Sequence record: ON286972.1
Reading direction: 5' to 3' (one strand)
Length of the DNA: 64,000 nt
Positions within the stretch are counted from its first letter, which is position 1. Every line of letters starts with the position of its first letter. Below the pieces are notes generated by a model. The model made no database searches. It saw only the letters and a program-made list of their open reading frames with translations, and was not told the DNA's origin. This document shows positions 61,548-64,000 of the stretch, piece after piece. Position numbers and translations under genes: made by a program.

Positions 61548-62504
61548 ATGGACATGCAACAAACCGCAAGCGAACTACAGAAGTTTGCTGATGCTCATGG
61601 AATGAACATCGATGTGGCAATTATTATTGATAATATGGATGCAGGTGATTTCGTTGCTCTTAATGGTGCAATGGATAATTCAGACAACCGTACAATTATG
61701 CAATTGCTACAAAAATATAAAGCACATATGAGTGAGAGTTATAATTATTTTAGCCCAACCAATTTTATGAAACACATCAATGAATCATCTGAATTGTGTT
61801 CTAAAGTTGACTCAATGAGTGCGAAAGAATTAACCGAACATTATCGTTCAATGAACACCTACTGTGATGTATCCAGTCTTAGTATTCAAGAACTTAAAGC
61901 TTTGGTTTTTGAAGATATCACTTCACAGCTAAAATCAAATCAAGCCGTGAATATGAACAATAATACGCAACAAATGAATCCACAAACACAAGCAAAACTT
62001 AAACAAGCGGAATTACAAAAGAACGCTAATAATATGCAAGTTACTGTTCCTGGGTCACAATCTGGAACTGATGCTGTTGAGCCAGTCGTTGGTGTTGATA
62101 TTGGTGCAACCCCAGACCAATCTTTGGTTATTACAAAAAATGGTAATAAACCAAATGAATTAAATGTATTTTCACTTGATGATGTAACTCCGGTTGATAT
62201 GCAAAATCAAAAAGTTACTGAAGATCAAGAAACCCGTGTTTCTGATGAAAAAGACCCCAATGAAATCAATGATGAATTGATGGCTCCCCCTGATAATGCA
62301 GGTCTTTCAACCGATGAACCAAGTGACTCACCATTGACCAATCATCAGCCTGGTATGGGTGAGATGATTCATGCAATCAATGATATTGAGAAAGAAGAAG
62401 ACCTTTCTGGTGAAGAAAGTCAAATGGGTAATAGTGCTCAATCGGATAATGATGATATTATTAACCAAATTATTGATGCTTGTTCGAGAATGAGAGGACT
62501 ATAA
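61548..62504 (+). CDS. Acidic hypothetical protein (candidate internal head protein)
   Basis: GGAG SD; N/Q/D/E-rich; INES and VFED motifs. Confidence 0.75.
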   Translation: MDMQQTASELQKFADAHGMNIDVAIIIDNMDAGDFVALNGAMDNSDNRTIMQLLQKYKAHMSESYNYFSPTNFMKHINESSELCSKVDSMSAKELTEHYRSMNTYCDVSSLSIQELKALVFEDITSQLKSNQAVNMNNNTQQMNPQTQAKLKQAELQKNANNMQVTVPGSQSGTDAVEPVVGVDIGATPDQSLVITKNGNKPNELNVFSLDDVTPVDMQNQKVTEDQETRVSDEKDPNEINDELMAPPDNAGLSTDEPSDSPLTNHQPGMGEMIHAINDIEKEEDLSGEESQMGNSAQSDNDDIINQIIDACSRMRGL

Positions 62505-62722
62505 TGCGTACTGTTCCGAATTTACACGGACACAATACTATGGTTTCCAACGAAGAATATAAGTTATTACAAAAAATAAAGGCACGCGGTACTGTGCCTG
62601 TTAAAAATGTCAATGAATACTATGAAGAATTGGCTGAAAAACTTGTATCTCGTGGTGTTCTAAATAAGGAACAGAACGATGATGGTGATGAAGTATATGT
62701 GTCAATAAGGAGTAAGAAATGA
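62504..62722 (+). CDS. Small hypothetical protein (winged-helix-like)
   Basis: TAATG coupling; SNEEY.LL; LAEKLVSRGVL. Confidence 0.7.
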   Translation: MRTVPNLHGHNTMVSNEEYKLLQKIKARGTVPVKNVNEYYEELAEKLVSRGVLNKEQNDDGDEVYVSIRSKK

Positions 62723-63408
62723 ATTACGAATATGACCAAAAATCGGTTGACATGATGACTAACTTACTAAGTGGTTTGAATGATATCGAGTCTGGTAATG
62801 TGTCTGCATCATCTGGTGCACATTATAATACTGGTGGTGATATTGGGGCAATGACTGATATTTTGACCTCATTAAATGAGGCTGGTATGAATTACGGTGA
62901 ACCAGTACAACAGGTACACCAAGAACATCCTCATGTAACAACATATAATAGCCCTTACAATGAACACATTATGGGGCATCCAGCGTCCACACCACAATAC
63001 GCACCTAGTGCCAGTACTAAACCAAAAACTAACTGGAGTTTAGTAGAAGAGAAAGTTCCAGGAACTAAAAATACAAAAACCTATAGTATCAAAAGTAATC
63101 ATAGCTCACAAATACTAATGAATAATATCATGATGTACGAAGCTGCACTTACTTTAGTTAACTTATTAAATGAAGGTCGAGTATTGACTGATGCTAAAAT
63201 TTTAGGTATCATTAGCTCTGGGATGCAATTCACTCATGTGATGAACGAAGCACTTAATGCTGCAAAGAAGAGACAACAAGTATTGAATGAGTCTAAGTAC
63301 GATGAAGCTAAAGATCTAGACGTACTAATTGCTGAAAAGAAAGCAGAAGCATTTAAACTTAAAGAACGTGTTATGAACTTCCTCAAGAGTGAAGGTTATA
63401 TCAAGTAA
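62719..63408 (+). CDS. Hypothetical protein (candidate head protein)
   Basis: 229 aa; LNEA, LNEG, LNES motifs; YEAAL..V.LLNEG. Confidence 0.75.
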   Translation: MNYEYDQKSVDMMTNLLSGLNDIESGNVSASSGAHYNTGGDIGAMTDILTSLNEAGMNYGEPVQQVHQEHPHVTTYNSPYNEHIMGHPASTPQYAPSASTKPKTNWSLVEEKVPGTKNTKTYSIKSNHSSQILMNNIMMYEAALTLVNLLNEGRVLTDAKILGIISSGMQFTHVMNEALNAAKKRQQVLNESKYDEAKDLDVLIAEKKAEAFKLKERVMNFLKSEGYIK

Positions 63409-63441
63409 ATAAATTTAGGATATTTTTATAAGGAAATACAA

Positions 63442-64000
63442 ATGTCAAATTACAAAAAACTAATGGAGTCTTCTTCTAAGGCTGAAGCAATGACTTTTAT
63501 TAAACTCAACGAATCCAATATCGAAAAAGCAGAAATTGTTTTGGCAGTTAAAGGTGAAATCGTTGATAAGCTACAACGTCAATCTGAAGTTATCAACAAC
63601 ATGGGCGTTGACGTACTAGGTCCACTACTTGACCGTATCAAAGCTGAGCAAGGTCTAGATGCAGCAGAAAACTTTAAAAACAGCGTTAGTGGTTTACTAC
63701 AACAAGCAGTAACAACACTAATGGATGTTAAGGACAAGATCAGTACTGAAACTCTAAAGCTAACTGGTGATATCACTGATGCACCAGACGTATCCGATTT
63801 GGGTGCTGATGAGTTTGATGTTGATGTAACTTCTGAACCATCTTTTGATATGGGTGCAGATGCAGATTTCGAAGAAGACCTAATTTCAGAACCAATCCCA
63901 ACCGAACGTGAAATGAAAGAATCTGTACAATTCACAAAAATTGGTGTTGAGATGGAAAGTGTTCGTGGCACTATTGGTACTAAGTACTTCTCAAATAAAG
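63442..64000 (+). CDS. Highly expressed hypothetical (head) protein, truncated by the right edge; absent from the ORF track
   Basis: ATG 63442 with AAGGA SD; MSNYKKLMESSSK...LNESNIEKAEIVLA...; open to the end; gp23-like codon bias. Confidence 0.8.
   Translation, partial: MSNYKKLMESSSKAEAMTFIKLNESNIEKAEIVLAVKGEIVDKLQRQSEVINNMGVDVLGPLLDRIKAEQGLDAAENFKNSVSGLLQQAVTTLMDVKDKISTETLKLTGDITDAPDVSDLGADEFDVDVTSEPSFDMGADADFEEDLISEPIPTEREMKESVQFTKIGVEMESVRGTIGTKYFSNK

Noticed and set aside
63579-63971. 130-aa minus-strand ORF
   Set aside because: Antisense to the truncated plus-strand gene starting at 63442.

Overview
This window is the conserved core of an AT-rich (about 34% GC by eye) jumbo myophage genome with T4-like head, baseplate and replisome genes. 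Gene content and order resemble RaK2/GAP32/121Q-type enterobacterial jumbo phages; this assignment is inferred from synteny and was not searched. In order, it carries: a giant virion protein cut by the window edge, a baseplate module (gp6-, gp25-, gp5- and hub-like genes plus a free lysozyme), gp55 sigma, gp47/gp46, endonuclease VII, a ~0.9 kb non-coding island, gp26/gp51-like genes, a tape-measure-like gene, portal, head core/protease/scaffold/major capsid, a GIY-YIG islet, a tail fibre with two chaperones, DsbA-like, family B DNA polymerase, sliding clamp, GroES, RNase H, terminase, ssb, UvsX/Y/W, a mini DnaE-like gene, primase, helicase and a late head-protein cluster. The most notable observations are: (1) a promoter class YGRGAYA-N16-TATAAT with invariant spacing at 8 sites, almost all before replication or regulatory genes; (2) a canonical T TTT TTC -1 slippery site that would fuse the gp26-like gene to an unannotated gp51-like frame; (3) roughly 5-fold over-representation of the palindrome AGTACT (hand count); (4) a promoter-to-terminator ~480-nt structured non-coding unit next to AT-rich repeats (candidate ncRNA or origin); (5) a 212-aa DnaE-like protein keeping the catalytic Asp motifs; (6) a 52-aa peptide copying the predicted capsid maturation junction; (7) a degenerate terminase-ATPase paralog. 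The assembly is draft quality, with an N gap in the portal gene and a 1-nt frameshift in terL. All product calls come from motif recognition by eye; no database searches were run.
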